Source: Chara braunii (lineage: Eukaryota; Plantae; Charophyceae). From it: DNA of 64,000 nt. The DNA lies in assembly GCA_003427395.1 (NCBI GenBank), contig BFEA01000001.1:5869948-5933947 (forward strand), in the 5' to 3' direction. Shown here piece after piece: positions 38,811-54,708 of this stretch. The position numbers were made by a program, and so were the translations under genes. The notes beneath the pieces were generated by a model, which saw only the letters and a list, made by a program, of their open reading frames with translations, was not told where the DNA came from and searched no databases. Within the stretch, counting starts at the first letter, position 1, and each line of letters starts with the position of its first letter.

Positions 38811-40561
38811 TTAACAGTCGTGCATTCCTTTTTTTTTTTTTTTTTTCCAGAAACAACTCAAGTGAATGTTAGAGGTGCTGATAAGAGCAGCCACCTCTAG
38901 CATGCTCGGGGAGGCTCCATCTATTGGTGGGGAGCAACACCTGCTGGAAAGCGGGTCCAGCGTCCCTGTAAACAACCAGATGTCATATCACGTGCCACGT
39001 GTCACAACCTACTACGATCCTAACAGTTGATAAGCCAACACGTAAGCACACACCATTCACCGCGATGGGCAGCATTGATTGCCCTCCATCCGAGGGGATT
39101 AACTGCCCGTTGCAATCTAAAAACTTATCCCTACTCAGAAACCCTCATCATATCATCTAGAAGAACCTTACCGCGCCATGAGGGGAGGAGGTAGTCAGAA
39201 TAGGGGGATAGAAAGTCAATTATGGCAAATCCCACATCACAGAATCAGGAGTGAGCCAGCTGAGCTGCCCCAAATGCATGGCACTACTGTTCCTCCCACG
39301 GTGCCACGTGGTGAGTTCATAACACAGCAAGTTACGAAAACTAAAATATCAGTCACCGCGTGGCAACCATATCAACAGACATCATGCATGCCGGAATCGC
39401 CAATTATGCGTGACAAATTCAAATCACCAATTACACGTGGCGAGTAGAAGAGCAAGCTCCACTTAATGGCGAGTAGATAAGCAATCTCATATCGAAGGGA
39501 TGGTCATACTATTGCCACGTGGCGAAACTATGTAGCCACATCCTATATCACTGACTAACATTCGCTAACCCACCCGTTCACGCCACCATCTCTTTCCTCG
39601 CACCCCCACACAACCTTCCTGATTTCCAATCATTCGATTCAACCATCCCACTCGCCCATCCCCCCAATGAAAATCCAACGAGCAGAAAGGAACCAGAAAG
39701 GAAAGAGAGGGGTGGAGGGGAGGAGGGGAGGAAGAGAAACCCCAATCGCACAAAGGGGGGGAAGAAAAACCCCAATCGCATATGCCATACCGTATGTATC
39801 GCCGTTATCATTCCTGTTGTTGTTATTGTTGTCACCGGCAGCGGCAGTATGATTGTTGTTGCTGATGTAATCGATATTTCTCCCCACCGCGCACAAACAC
39901 AAAATCCCTCTTCCCCTGCCACTATCGTGCTGCAGTGTTGTCGTTGCCGATGCAGTCCTTGTTATCTATATTGATGGCCCATGCATATGTGAGCGTCATG
40001 ACAGCAGGCCTGTTGTTGTCGCGCACTCTTATTTTAGGTAGAACAAGTTTAAATTTAGCATCCCAATGGCTTTGTGTCTGTGCAGCCTTGCCAGAAGCGA
40101 AATACAACCGGTCACACTACCGGTCACCGCCGGCACTCTTAGACGTCGACAACCTCAATCTGAGTGGCGTTAGAGTAGAAGGATTGAGATACACGGTGGT
40201 GTGATACTGGGTGATGTGGGGAGGAAGATGGTGACGCCATGATATTAATGCTCTAATCATCTTCTTCTTATCTATTTCCTGTGTGATTTGTCTCAACCGT
40301 CCGGACGTTAGATTAAAAAAGTGGTTTTAGCCTCTCAGTCGTAGGTTTGGTCTGAATAAGTTCTTTGGCAAATCTATAACTCGTCAAGTCATTCAACTTC
40401 ATAAATTTTGTAAAGGTCGGACAACGTCCGAGCTTAAAAATACCGAGCAGATACCCTTTTAAGGGTTTCTGCTCCGACAACATGATTAGCAGGGTTGCCT
40501 GGCTCTCGGTGACCCAACCAAAATCGGATGGGGGGGTGGGGAATCGTAGATCCCACAACAA

Positions 40562-40950
40562 ATTGAAGCATTGGCCCTCCAGTGATTCAAGAGATTGCTA
40601 ATCACTCCTCACCTACCCTGGAAGGCTGTGGCGCTAGAACAGATCGCTAGACTGGCACCAGGAACAACCTGGGCCCCCCCCTAGATAGACCCATTAATCT
40701 GGTTGGAAAACTGGCACTGGACGATCGCAAGGATATCATAAAAGGAGGACGGTCCGGACAGACAAGTGGCAAGACACGACATGCACTGTGACACATTTTG
40801 GCCAACGCTGCTGCGACTATAACGAAGACTCCCACTCCCGGAAAAAACTTCTCCGGACAAGATGGGAGGAGGTGTACCATCAGCCTCTGTTTGGGAACAG
40901 TGGATCACTGACGAATGGATTAGAATATTATGCAGCTCAGCCCCCAGCTG
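40562..40950 (+). pseudogene. LINE ORF2 fragment (post-RT region)
   Basis: IEALALQ*FKRLLITPHLPWKAVALEQIARLAP aligns by eye to IKALLFKIIIRLLVAEDISWAPLAYIQLSNLAP at ~34540. Confidence 0.6.
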
Positions 40951-41270
40951 GAGGGGTTGGGGGAACATCAGGCAGAGTTCTCAAGCTGATTTCCTTCACA
41001 AGCGTGGGAGCTCCCCCATCACTCCTCCTTTCTTGGCAAGGGCCTGGGCTCCATTCCTCAATTTTGTCAGCTTTGACTTTCATAATAATCGCTATATCTT
41101 TGGGGCGGCCCTTGATGAATACTGGAGGAATCAGGAAGAACTGGCCAATCGGCCTCTCAAGACAGCTTCAGCCGCTGTTATGAGGGGCCTTCCGCCGCTC
41201 TGCAGTACCTGGAAGGTTCATGAACTTTTCCTTAGGAGGTGCCCCTTGGTAGAATGATTTGTTAGATTAA

Positions 41271-41471
41271 ACCACCAGTACTTGGCCCAGCTATCGATGC
41301 CGAGCCTGAAATGCCCCTGCGCCCCAATTTTTACTGAAGCGCCGGGGTACCGTTTCTACTTTCTTTTGGCTGGCGCTTCCAGCCATTGTGGTCCGGTACC
41401 CCGAAGCCCTAAAGGCGCAGTGCGTTAATGGGAAAGCGCCGGGGCCGATAGCTGGGCCAAGTACTGGTGGT
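41271..41471. mobile_element. 201-bp MITE with perfect 26-bp TIRs and TTAA TSD
   Basis: TTAA-ACCACCAGTACTTGGCCCAGCTATCG ... CGATAGCTGGGCCAAGTACTGGTGGT-TTAA. Confidence 0.92.
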
Positions 41472-41904
41472 TTAAAAACGTTAGTCTAGTCTTGTGTAGA
41501 TAAGTTGTGGCTTTTTTCTTCTGTCTTATTCTGACATGGGCCTTCTTTCTCCCCCAGAAGGCCTTTTTCTCGAAGATCTTTTTCAAACACTATGCCTTTC
41601 ACTTTTTTGAGTTATCAACTCTGTTTTTTCAATTTCTCCTTTAGATTCTTCTTCTTCTTTTTTTTTTTTTTTTTTTTTTTTTAATTGTGCTTTTTTCCCA
41701 CTGTAGCAGGACTAGACTTAAGGAACATGGCTAATCAAAGCCAACAGGACTGGGTACTTCAATTAGTCTCCCGCTGGTGGTAGTTACTAGTTACTAGTTA
41801 CTTTGACACAGAGAGGGTTTAGGGGTTTAGGGGCTTAAAGGGTTTCAAAGGGACACCTCATAGTAACATTGCACAGAGGAGTTGCAGAACAGGACTCTCT
41901 CATT

Positions 41905-42390
41905 TCAGGGGGGCTGCAAAACTAGGGCTGGGCTAATAGTAAAGGAGGTACTCATGAAGGGAAGGGGAAAATAGCAGCTCAAAGGGACAACGGGGCCCCG
42001 GGAAGAGACACATATCACCACAGCCCTAGGAAACAACAAACGCCAATATTTGTATCATATCTGTATTGTAAGTTGTATAAATGGGACGCTGGACCCGGTT
42101 TCCAGCAGGTGCCGCTCCCCACCAATAGATGGAGCAGCCTGACAGATAAGCCCTCAATTCTGAGGGTTCTCTTACCACCGCCAGGATAGAGGGATATCGC
42201 AAGGGCTTATGTATCCCCTTTTTTCTGTGGCCTGTTATTCCCTTTGTTCTGTGGCCTGTTATCACATGCTTGCCGGGGATATTAACCGGACTGGAACCCT
42301 CCCAGTATATAAAGAGGGCGTTTTTGTGTCGGAAAAAGTAGAAAATAAAAGGTCATTTGGCCTACAAAACAAAAAAGAAAAAGAAAAACG
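41905..42390 (+). mobile_element. LINE 3'-UTR fragment
   Basis: 41905-42135 is homologous to 37440-37660 (3' end of the LINE); A-rich tail at 42366-42388. Confidence 0.75.
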
Positions 42391-43175
42391 GGGTCTTGAT
42401 GATAGGTGACATCTGGGGTGTCCTCAGTTAAAACACTGCCTCCACATTAGGGAGTCGCTGGATACAATAATCTTCTCCAACCCCCCTAGCCTGGGTAGAA
42501 ATACTCAGAAAGGTACCCTCCCTTGAGCAGGTGGGGTTGGTAATGATCGCCGGATAGGATAGATAATGTGATCAACCGTCAACGTGATTGGTAGACACCC
42601 AGACGGGGAGGCCTTTCCCTTTCTCAACTCCACCATGCCACCAAGCTCACAAGACTGGAGCCGAAGGAGACAGTTTGGGTGGACAGCACACAACTCTTCA
42701 GAATTGGGGTCTTGCACGCAGGTGAAGAATGAGTAGCCTTCCGGCCTGGCACACCAATCTCCCACTTGGCCTTTGACCCTCTGCAGGCTGGGTCTGGACA
42801 ACCCAGTCGAAGAGAGGCTTCCCTCACAACCAGACACTGTACGCCCTCGACGTCAAGGCCACATACTGGAAGTTCCGCCAAAAAGCAGACTTAAAAAAGA
42901 AAGAGTTGTGCTCAGATGGATGAAACAGCTAAATGTGGAGAGATCCTCGTTGCGCACGGTCAAATGGTTTGCCTCTACTAAGTGGAAACCCGCAAAGATC
43001 ACCTCCCTACAATGGCAGATAGAGCACAGGTGTCTGCCGACAATTGACTGGATGTCATTGACTGACAGGACATATTAAGTGTCAGGCCACCCCTTGGTGC
43101 AAGTCCTGCGTCCTCTTTCTTTTTTTCTTTTTTTCTTTAACAAAAAAAAACCGCCAGTGTTAGTGGTGCTGATAA

Positions 43176-43643
43176 GGGCCTCGTTCCATACCACTTGAAA
43201 TGTAAGGATCCTTACAAAATCGTCGTTCCACAGCACCCTAATCACGACGAAAACGAACTCCGGAGTGTTTCCACATTTTGGGGCTGTAGGGTCCGCCCTT
43301 AAAAAATAAGGGCGGCCCAGGCAAAACGAAGGAAATCTCTAGGGAGCCGTCGGAGGTGACTTGAAATGTGAGGGTGGGACCCTACAGATCGCGTCATTCG
43401 CGGAGGCGGTCGGCAATTTTTTTCCTTTCCTGACGAACCGCGTTTGTTCCTGGTCCAGTGCGTGGGCGACAAACCGGCCTTCTGACACCTGCCCCCCCTC
43501 ACCTGAGATGTAAGGGCGGGTAAGTGTAGGGTAAGTGTAGTGCGCTGTGGAACGAAAATCGTTGTTAGGGTAATTTAATCACCCTTCGCCGGTAAGGGTG
43601 CCCTTACAATGTAAGGATTGTTAAGTGGTATGGAACGAGGCCC
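43176..43643. mobile_element. Tourist-like (PIF/Harbinger) MITE, 468 bp
   Basis: 21-bp TIR GGGCCTCGTTCCATACCACTT, TAA TSD on both sides; the paralogous empty site GTGCTGA-TAA-GAGCAG is at 38875-38890. Confidence 0.93.
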
Positions 43644-45023
43644 TAAGAGCAGACACCACTAGCACCTGGGGAGAGGCTCCATCTATTGGTGGGGAGCATC
43701 ACCTGCTGGAAAACGGGTCCAGCATCCCTTATACAGACTCAGATTGTAATACCTCTGATACACGATTGTGGGAAATCCCTGCCAGCATTGATTACGCTGG
43801 GATCCAGGGGATTGACTGAGCAGGATATTCAACTTTCCTTCCCAAAAAATCCGAGAAACGACTGAGCATGTCTTTCTCCGATGTCCAGGAGCTGTCCTAA
43901 CTTGGGGGCTCGCTCGACACTCCTCGGGCCGTCCTCGGGGCCCGAGGAAATTATCCCATCGTCGCCCGAGGAAATTCGCGCCGTCGTTCCACTCATCCTC
44001 AGAATTGTTCCCCGAGGACGATTCCTCGGGCCCTTCCGTGGCCAGTTTCATATATCGACAAGCGGACGCGGCGGGGGGGGGGGTGAGGTTGGTCCAGCAA
44101 GGTGTGTCCATGCTGACGTCATTGGTCCAGCTCGGGTGGGCGTCACGAATTCGAAAGTTGGCGGCGAAAAAAAAAAAAAATGGTCACGAAGAAGGAGCGC
44201 AGTCCCGGATTCGAAATTTGAAATTCGAATTTCCGCAAGCGAGTGAAGGCGGCGTGGGCGTCCCTTGCGGCTGACGGCAGGAACGTTCCTCGGTGGAAGC
44301 GTTTGGGTACAGGGTGGCGGCTGCGTGTCGGCGGGCACGCTGAACGTACATGTATACGTCTGAAGCAGCAGACACGCAGTCACACGATCGCCATCGTTGT
44401 CGTCTTTGCAGGCGCACCTTCGTCGTCGACGTGTACGCCGTGCACTCCGGTCATCACTCGCAGCATCGCTGTTGTGCGTCCCGACACACGTGGAGTCTTC
44501 TGTACTTGGCGACGCCCACGTCGACAGAACCAGTTTCGGCGATGGACATGAACGGGGAGGCGGGCCTTGACACACTGAGCAAGGCGGAGAGGACGGCGGT
44601 GGCAGCGGCTGGGAACGCCATCCTCTTCCGGTGTCAATTGCAGAGGAGCGAGGGGAGGATGAGAGCGGTCATTCGTGCACTGCGGAAGAGGACGCTGCAG
44701 TCCATGAATGTGGACGTAGAGGACACTGGTGCCATTTGCGACGCCGTGCTGCAGGTGTGCTACGCCATGGGGTGTGGAGCATTTCCCAGAGCGACGGCCA
44801 AGTAGTGGATGAAGCGACAGACAGGGGGGACATGGGAGGATCTGCGGCAAGGTGACGACGCAACGGACGACTAGTTCAAGGACAAGCTATGCATGTCCCC
44901 ACGTGTGTTCCGAGAGATCGCGGAAGCTCTGTCTCCCTTCCTTCAACGGCGTGTCACTTTCTATAGGGAGCCCCTCCAGCCTGACCACATTGTCGCGTAC
45001 GCTTTGTACAGGTGGGCGTCGGG

Positions 45024-46522
<1,499 letters not shown>

Positions 46523-48189
46523 GTGTCGGGGAAGACGTACGAGAGCAGGACATACAACTTCGGCATTGGCAGTTCTTCTGGGTTGCGCGCTGTGCGGGAT
46601 GTAACTGTGGCGTTGCTGAATGCGTACCCTGACAAGATATCGTGGCCGACGGGGCTGCAGAAGGCGGTCGTCTTGCGCACTTTCGTTGACAAGGGTTTCC
46701 CTAACCGCCATGGGTGCATCGACTGCACCCACATCTTCATCGACAAGCCAGAGAATTGCCCCGGGGAGGACTACTACGATAGAAAACGCCGTTTCTCCGT
46801 CCAGGCGCAGGTTGTCGTCGATCTGAACTTGCGCGTGCTGGATGTGTTCGTCGAATATCCGGGAAGTTGCTACGACGTGAGGATCGTCCACCTGTCGAGT
46901 TTATGGGTGCGCGCGGAGGCAGGGGAACTTTTCACTGGGCCACCTGTCATGCTGCCTTTTGGTGTGCAAACGAACGGGCATGTGTTAGGCAGCAACGGTT
47001 ATCCCCCCTCCGAATGGGTAGTTGTCCCCTATGGCGGTCTCTCACAACACCCGTCGGAGCTGCTCTTCGACAACAAGCAAAAGACGACGAGGGGAGCAGT
47101 TGGAGGGCTTTCGGCAGACTGAAGGGGATGTCGAGGTCGTTCCTTCGCTTCCACAAGACGAATATGGAGACGTTGCCGCAGCAGTTCGTCGCCGTCTGCA
47201 TTCTGCACAACATACTCATCGACGTGGCGATCCCCTTCGACGACAATCTACTGTGGAAGGTCGGGCCGGACGGTGTGCGTGGCAAGGTGGACCTTGGGAT
47301 GCAGCGGCCCTTGAGGCCGATGTGTATGGAGTCGTCGACGAGGGATGCGCTTATTTTGTGGGATGCACTGGGGGATCGAATGGGCGCGCAATGAACACGG
47401 GCAGGCGCGCGGAGCGGCGGCTGTGGCGAGAAATTGGAGCACATGACGCGCGGAGCAGGCAAGAAACAGGAGTGGACGACGCGGGAGGCGTCTTGTCCTT
47501 GATGGGGTGGTGGTCTGCGTTGCCGTCGTTGTGTGTGTCGCCCCGTTTTGTGGAAGTGGGGAGTTAAGGGAGCGGTGGTTGTTTCGCCGTGGGTTGGGTT
47601 GCATGAGGCGGCGTGTATCGACAGTTTTGTTTGGTGTTCTTTCGTACTGCGTGGCCGTGAGGACGGTGTCGACGGCTCGGGTTGTTGGCGATGGCACAGT
47701 CCAACACGTCGTCGGCGGGGGCGACGTCACGCGCGAGCACGTGCCGATCGTAGTTGTCGTGTAGTATGCTGTCACCATGGGTGACATGTCTAGGTGTCGG
47801 CGTCGATTCCGGGGGTGTGTGTTCTGTTTTTCGGATGTTGGGATTGAAGTTGCCATGAAGGCCTTTTTTTTGCAAAGTGTGTCGTCGTCTGCTTTTACTA
47901 CAAGTGACAATAATGTAACAACATATCATGTCAATTATTTATGTTGCGTGGCTTATCTTCTTATTTGACGGTGAATGAAAAGAAAACAATTGCACGACGT
48001 TGTGTGTGTCATTTCTATTGCCTTCTTTCCTTCTCACATTTGCAATGTCGTGTATGAACATCCCTCACTTTGTCATCATCCATTGGTTCAAGCGAGCATC
48101 CCTAACCCCTTTCCATCCCCCTTACCATAACATTCGTGAATGCAAATGAAAGCGGAATAAAATGGATGCGACAACAAGCTGCGAACATG

Positions 48190-49343
48190 GCTTGTCCCAC
48201 TTCTTCCTGCACCGATCTGCGTCTCTGTCCACGCCCACCTTCTTCAACCTTTGTGCCACATCCAACCACTTTCATTCCCCCGGCTTCATCCGAGTGTACG
48301 CGTGACCCATCCCCTGCAGATGCGCATCCTGGTCACGTTTAGCCCGGATGAGGGCTATAATGTGGTCGACGGACTAGAAATGACGACCTCCTTCCACATC
48401 AACGTCACCTTCGACATCGGTCCCCTTCCCCACCGTTTTTTTCCCCCGATGACCATTGCGGGTATACTCCTTTGTCTTCCCGCCCCTCCCTTCCATGTTG
48501 CTTTGCTTGAACGGCGAAACGTCCTCCTCCCCACCTTCGCCGTCATTGTCGTTCCACTTGTAATCGTCCGCGTCCACCATTGGTGCGTCGCCGTCGTTTT
48601 CCTGCTCCCCCATACGCAGTCGCTGCCCCCCCCCGAGTTATGGATTCCTCCCGCCCTGACCATAGCCCCCATCGGTGTTCTGCCCACACCTCCCTCCCGT
48701 CCCATGCATCACCAAGATCAGCGATGCCACAATCTGTCTCCTCGCATTCGCAACGACGGCGGGCTGCACTCGAACCGGCGGACAGAGGAGACAAGGACTT
48801 CATCCACTGGGGGCGAGCATAGGCACCCCTCGACACAGACGACGATCGGAATTGCTGCCTCGAAGGATCCTTGTTGTTCCCCGACGCCTCCAAGACCGGC
48901 GCTGGAGACTTCAATGATCACGCAACAGCCGTCACTTGCCCGCCGTCGTCGTCGGGATGGGGGGTGACGATGACCGTTTGCCAGGCGGCCGACGACCTCC
49001 CGCTACACAGCCCGAACGACAGATTCAAGCCGCCATTGCCTTCGTCGCCACTGAGCCCCTACTGGAGGAGTTTGGTGTAGGACTGGCCATAACCGCCATC
49101 GCGGCTTCCCCACAACTCTGTAGCCGCCCACTCCTGGGTGGACCCGCTTCCTAGTGACACGGTTCGTGACCGTCTGTCATCCGCCTCCTCGTCGGACATG
49201 TCCGGCAGAGGTTGCAAGTGCAGTGGTAGGTGCGCGTACCCAGACCGCTTCGATGGCCTTGAACTCCTCGACGGGCTCTACTCAGCCCGTTGGCCACCAC
49301 CCTGCTCCCCTGCAGACCTGCTGATCGCCTGGCGCCCCTCCAT
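48190..49343 (-). pseudogene. Harbinger ORF1-type Myb/SANT-like (trihelix) DNA-binding protein pseudogene
   Basis: F*SVDHIIALIRAKRDQDAHLQGMGHAYTRMKPGE*KWLDVAQRLKKVGVDRDADRCRKKWD (48190-48380), preceded by an acidic low-complexity N-terminus. Confidence 0.82.
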
Positions 49344-52300
49344 CCTGACGTCCTTCTTCAAAGACCGTCTTCTGCGGGCACGTCGCGGAACGCTGCCGAG
49401 GATGCACACGTGGAAGACAACTAAGAGGAGGAGCAAGAGGACGACCAGCACCAGCAGCGGCAGCCTCCGAAAGATGTCGGCCATGAAAGGCACGTGGACG
49501 ACAGCAACAACTAGAAGACAAAGTTGAATCTCCAGGAAAAGGCGAGGGACAGTGGTGCAAACGACCGATCGCAGCTTTCAACAAAAGCAGGGTAACGTAT
49601 TCCATCGCGGAAGACACTGCGCAATGGGGACAGCGGGGGCCGACTGAAGTATTCGAATCTGCCGACCGTTGGGCGCCTTCCCGCTCGGGGCCAAGGGCAG
49701 CGACGCAAGGCAGCCCCTTTTCGACGCCGCGGAGGTCGGCAGGCCGCCAAAGGGGATCGTTGGCGGACAATTCCATAACTCCGACCGTTGCCTACCGAAG
49801 ATGTCTGTCCACGGGCCGCCAGGAACAGCAATGGACCAGCCGCGTCGAAAATTGTCATCAACAGGCTGTCGTCAACGCCCCGATTCTTTCAGATGCTCGA
49901 CCTGCAAGGGACCTCGAGAGGTCCCTTCGGGAACGCGTTGAAATGGTTGTAGCTCGAGGAATCCCCGAGGAAATGTTTTCACAGTTTTTTAATTTTGCTT
50001 TCAATTTCTTCCCCGAGCATAAGTGGAACGATGATTTCCTCGGGGGATTTACACGCCCGAGGAGTGTCGAACGAGCCCCTTGGCGCTGGTGGGACCCCAT
50101 CTGGCGGCAAATAGGCACGAGAGCTGAGTTACCCCGGGACGGGTGAGCGCTGCCACTGGGCGCATGGCAGCCACCACAGGCCAGCACCTTCACCAGGAAC
50201 ATATCCTTTTTTTTTTTGGGACAAATGCTCCAGTCTATTCGTAGGCAACAACATGTGCTGGAAACCGGGTCCAGCGTCGCATATGGACTTCTACAAAACA
50301 TGTAAGGAGCCGGAACCATTACCCAACTTTGGCTAAGAATTAACTGAGAGTATTCATGGGAATTTAGAAAACCATAAGCAACTACTACCTTGAATCTTGA
50401 ATCCACAGAAGCTTTCAGCCAAGAACCAAAATGCTTTAGTGCTACCTCGGTCACAGAGCCGTTGTTTGGGCTCTCTGGTGGAAGTGCTGCATGCTTCAAA
50501 TGGAAGGGGATAGATTGGGGGAAACAGAGTTCGCAGAAGCAATCAAGCAACAAGTGCAAACTGATGTGCTGTCACAATGGGACCGGGTCAAGGAAACACT
50601 TGACGCATTGCAGACTGCTTCAGACATCAAGAAGAGAATCAATATGTTTTTGAAATACTGGCTGGGTGGATGGGTGGCAGAGCCGCAGAGGTGGAGTCGA
50701 AAGGAGAGCAGAAGGAAGGCAGGGCTAACATAAAGAGGGACCACAAACTCTCCTTCCACGACTGGACATCTGTTCATAGTTCAATCCCAATGCGCCCCCC
50801 CGAGGAGCTCTCTGACCCCTTCCCTCTCCACAACCTTTCTCTTGTGGAGTGCCGGCGGCGCAGCGCCGCCGGTCCAGCAAGGGAACTAAATGGGAGGAGG
50901 CTAGTTGCCGAAGGCGGCGTAACTGAGTACGGGGCTGGCGTGGATGAGGTTGGCCATGACGCCTTGTGGAAGTTTTGGATTCTTGGTGTGGGTTCCTCCT
51001 CCCTTTTTCAAGGATGCTATTCCAGGTGGCGGACGGACGGTTCTGCCGTTGACTTGAATCCCCTGTGACGACTTGTTGACAGACTCGACGAGGTTGTGTC
51101 ACACCATCATTGGCCTGTTGGGTCGAGGATGGCTGTTTAGGCCTTCGTCCTGCTAGTCTTGTGATTGTAGATGGCAGTTGATGCCTTTGTAACTAGCGGT
51201 GGAGGGGGGCTTGGTGTCTTCTCTCCGGAAGGTGCTTGCGTAGGGTTTGAATGAAGGAAGGTGGTTGAAAGGGGGGTGGAGGGGGCTTTTCAGTGGACTC
51301 TACACGGTGTACTATATTAGCGAAAGCCAGTGCTCTCCTTCTGCTGGTTCTCCGAGCTCTGTTTCCCTGCGGTATCCATACTAGTCGAAGATATTTCCCA
51401 GCCACTCAAAGGTAATTGGATAAGGTGGATCGCTTGAGTTAAGGGGAGGAAGAGGATTGGAGACTCACCTATGGATGATGGTAAAGTGGATGGGGTTCCT
51501 CTCCTGCTGTAGTTCCGTGGATGGGTTGTTGTTTTCGCCCTGCTCGATGAGTGTTTTGTTCTGGTTGACGCCGCTCTTTTCTTTGGATATGGCGCATCGG
51601 TGGGTGGATGGGTTAGGGCGGTGGGTTTCCGTGTGTGGGAGTAGGATTAAATGCCGCTGTAATAGGGTGCCTGAGAGGCGGTTTGTTGAGGAACAGCTGG
51701 GTGACAGGTGAGCGGCGTACTTTGGGACTTGCATAAGGTGATCTACCTAGCGGCCACACATTCTTTCACATTCTTAATTCCAACAGTTTTCACCCTGACA
51801 GTCTCTCAATCGTGCTTGTGAGCACTCTATTGATTCCGTCGTTTTTTTAGACTTCGAATTCTTCGTCTTTAAAACACGATCTACCTGATTTTTTGTTTGA
51901 CAAAATTTAAACCAAGCTTCGATTTTCTTTCAATGATTCATGTGATCTTATGTGTTTTTTGGCTGTAGCTGGTCAATCTGGAAACTTTTTTCTGAGTAAG
52001 ATTTCTAATGTGAAATTCGTATTTTCTGTGCAAGATTCATAATCTGAAATTCTTAAATCAGAGCTTCGCGTTGATTCCAATGAAAGATTACCAAGTTTGA
52101 TTTACAAAAGGTTTTCTGAAAGTGTGATCGATGTCGTACGTTTGTTCAACTCTGATCTAATTCTAAATCCGATGTATTTCCCTATATTAGTACGCTCAAG
52201 TTTGGACTCTTATTCCTTGAATTCGATATTTGATTTCATTTGTTTGAGGGATTTTAAAAAATAGGTCACAATCGAGTCTCAGACTGTGATACTGTAGGGT

Positions 52301-54673
52301 TTGGGCTCATAGGTGCTGATTGAATTATCTCCTTTAGGGTTTGAGCCCCTCCCTGCGAGGGTTATGCAAGGTGGGAGGTGTGACCCTTGAGAGGGTAGGG
52401 GCGGTATGTGGGTTTGTCCTTTTTTGGGCCAGGTTGGTTTAGGTCGGATCAGCTACGGCGGTTGGGAGAGAGGACAAGGGGTCGATGCTGACTTCAGCAA
52501 GGTGAGAGGTTGAGAGGTGTTTCACTTGGAGTGAGTGGGACATGAGGGAAGGGTGATCTCCGGCTCTGCGGGGGCATACTCTAGGGGGTATTGTATGTTG
52601 TTGAGGGAGCAAGAGTGATTTAGGGGGCTGTTATGAACTGGGGCTGGGAGGTGAGGGGGCACCTTCCAGTGGAGGCAGTGAAAGGGCATGAGGTCGTTTT
52701 TTTGGGGGGAGGAGTAAGACGCTCGGTTTCTTGTGATCCCTTCACATCCAACAGAGACGTGAATAGGTGCAGGAATCTCCATGGGGGAGAGAAGTAGCTC
52801 CCTCCCGTCCTCTCTTCTTGTGGGAATAATAGGTGTTGATTGCCTTATATGGTTACGATTCTTGTGCGTTATCTGAGTCTCCTGATTTTTTTATTTTTGA
52901 GGTTCCAACTAGAAAAATCTTCATAATTTTGGTGCTGGTTGCAGCGGATCATGTTTGCTGCGATGGTTGGAGATAATGTGCTCTGCGGCGAAGGGGCTAG
53001 CCAGTAGAGCGGAAATAGGGTACAGCAGCGGTGGAGATGGTGGCTCTACCGCCGTAAGTCTTACCGGAGTAAGGTTGAGAAGGAATTTTTGTTGGATGTC
53101 TGCAGCCAGTGCTTGAATGAGTGGATGATTGGAGCTACAGCTATGGTGACGATCGGTGGCTTGTCTGGTATCTGCTGATGTCCTTGGTCCCAGTGGTTTG
53201 TGAATGGACGAGGTCAGAACAACGCTGGTTGGTGCTGGGGCTTGGTCGCGCTGCCCTGTAACCCGAGCGGCACGGGGTCATGAGACCTGGTAGAGAGATC
53301 TGGGGAGTTGCCGAGGGCGGAGGGCACTCTAGTGTCTATTGGTGAGCTGGTATGCAGTCGACGTTGGCCGGAGCCGGGGCGGGTCACTTTGCCCTGTAAC
53401 CTACCAGGTGGGGTTTTTCTGGGGTGGGTCATGCCACTCTGTAACCTAGCAGTTGGGGGTGGGAGGCCTGGAAGAGACTGGGTATCGGGGTATAAGGGAG
53501 AGGCGGATAGGATTGAGCCGCTGACAGGCGCTAAGGCAGGTGGTTTTCGATCGGAACATTCTCATGATCATCATTAGTGGTTAGAGCACCGATTGGAAAT
53601 GCGCATTGTGGTATGAGGTTGTGGGTTCAAATCTGCAGCCTTGCGCATGGACACCGGCAGGGCGTTAGAATGACGCCCGGCTGGACATACACTATCCTCT
53701 GACCACTACATGGTTATGATTACAGACCCTGCCTGTATTGGTCAGGGGATCAAGTCCTGGGTGTTGTATGCTGGTTCTGGGTTCCGCAGGGCTTGATCGG
53801 GGTGTTGGTCTTGGTCGTTCGATTCTCCTCCCCGGTCTGATATACCACACACACGTGCTATTTCCGATTGTTGCTCATACAGTTGAGTCTTCCAGTTACA
53901 TCTCACAGGTCACGGGTTCGAGCTTGGTCACAGACTTTGGGGGGGTCTGTCCAGTCTGGCCCGTTATACATGGTATTCTCAACACACATATAGTGCTGAC
54001 ATATGGCCTTTGACCCCATATATGATTCATACTGCCTTCGGGTATACAACTGGCTTCTGGATATATACACATACATCATAAATAGCCTACATTCCTGAGC
54101 ACGTACGTATGGCCTAAGGGCTTACATGCATCTACAGTTGACTGGGGGAGGGGTAGAATAGACTTAGACTCTAGGGTATAGAATACGGTAGTTACCCCAA
54201 CAGGTCTGAGTTCCACCTAGCCAAGATAGGGGCAAGCTAGGTGTAGGACGGTAGGACTGTCAGTCTGAGTTCCGCCTGGCCTTGGGTAAGCTAGGGGAAG
54301 GACGGTAGGCTGTCTGGCTGGGGTACCGACTGCTAGTTAGCTGCCCCGAAAATAAAACCCAGGGGTCTACGATCTCTACAATAAGGATACGAGGTTGGTA
54401 GAATATAGTGGTGCCTAGCGTCTGAAGTTCCCGTACAGCAAGGCCTGTCCGATTTCGCGTTCACTGGGGCTGGGGTAATAGCTAGCCTTGGTGCCTATCA
54501 CTACTGTCTGGTCCAAGTCACCCACCTAGCGGTTGGGTGATGGTCCTGAGTGGGTTACCCTGAGGTAAGATAGCTGGGTTAAGGGGTATGCTTGGAGTAT
54601 TGATAAGTGGTAGGGTGGGAGGTGACCTCGTACATGTCAGCCAGGGTGGTATTGATTGCCAACTTGGTAATTG

Positions 54674-54674
<1 letters not shown>

Positions 54675-54708
<34 letters not shown>

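Noticed and set aside
38875-38960. Possible hammerhead ribozyme (CTGATAAG...GAAA)
   Set aside because: The core is not CUGANGA and the helices do not close a hammerhead junction; the opposite strand explains the conservation better.
39578-40240. Possible short gene on the minus strand
   Set aside because: Low complexity, in-frame stops and no recognisable domain.
41813-41852. Telomere-like TTTAGGG(G) repeats
   Set aside because: Only 2-3 degenerate units, compatible with chance or TE sequence.
50750-53560. Possible minus-strand coding remnants
   Set aside because: Pro/Ser-rich translations with many stops and no recognisable domain.
53570-53645. tRNA-like A/B boxes (similar B-box hints at ~6430, 16735, 16950 and 31800)
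   Set aside because: No convincing cloverleaf; possibly SINE relics but not supportable.
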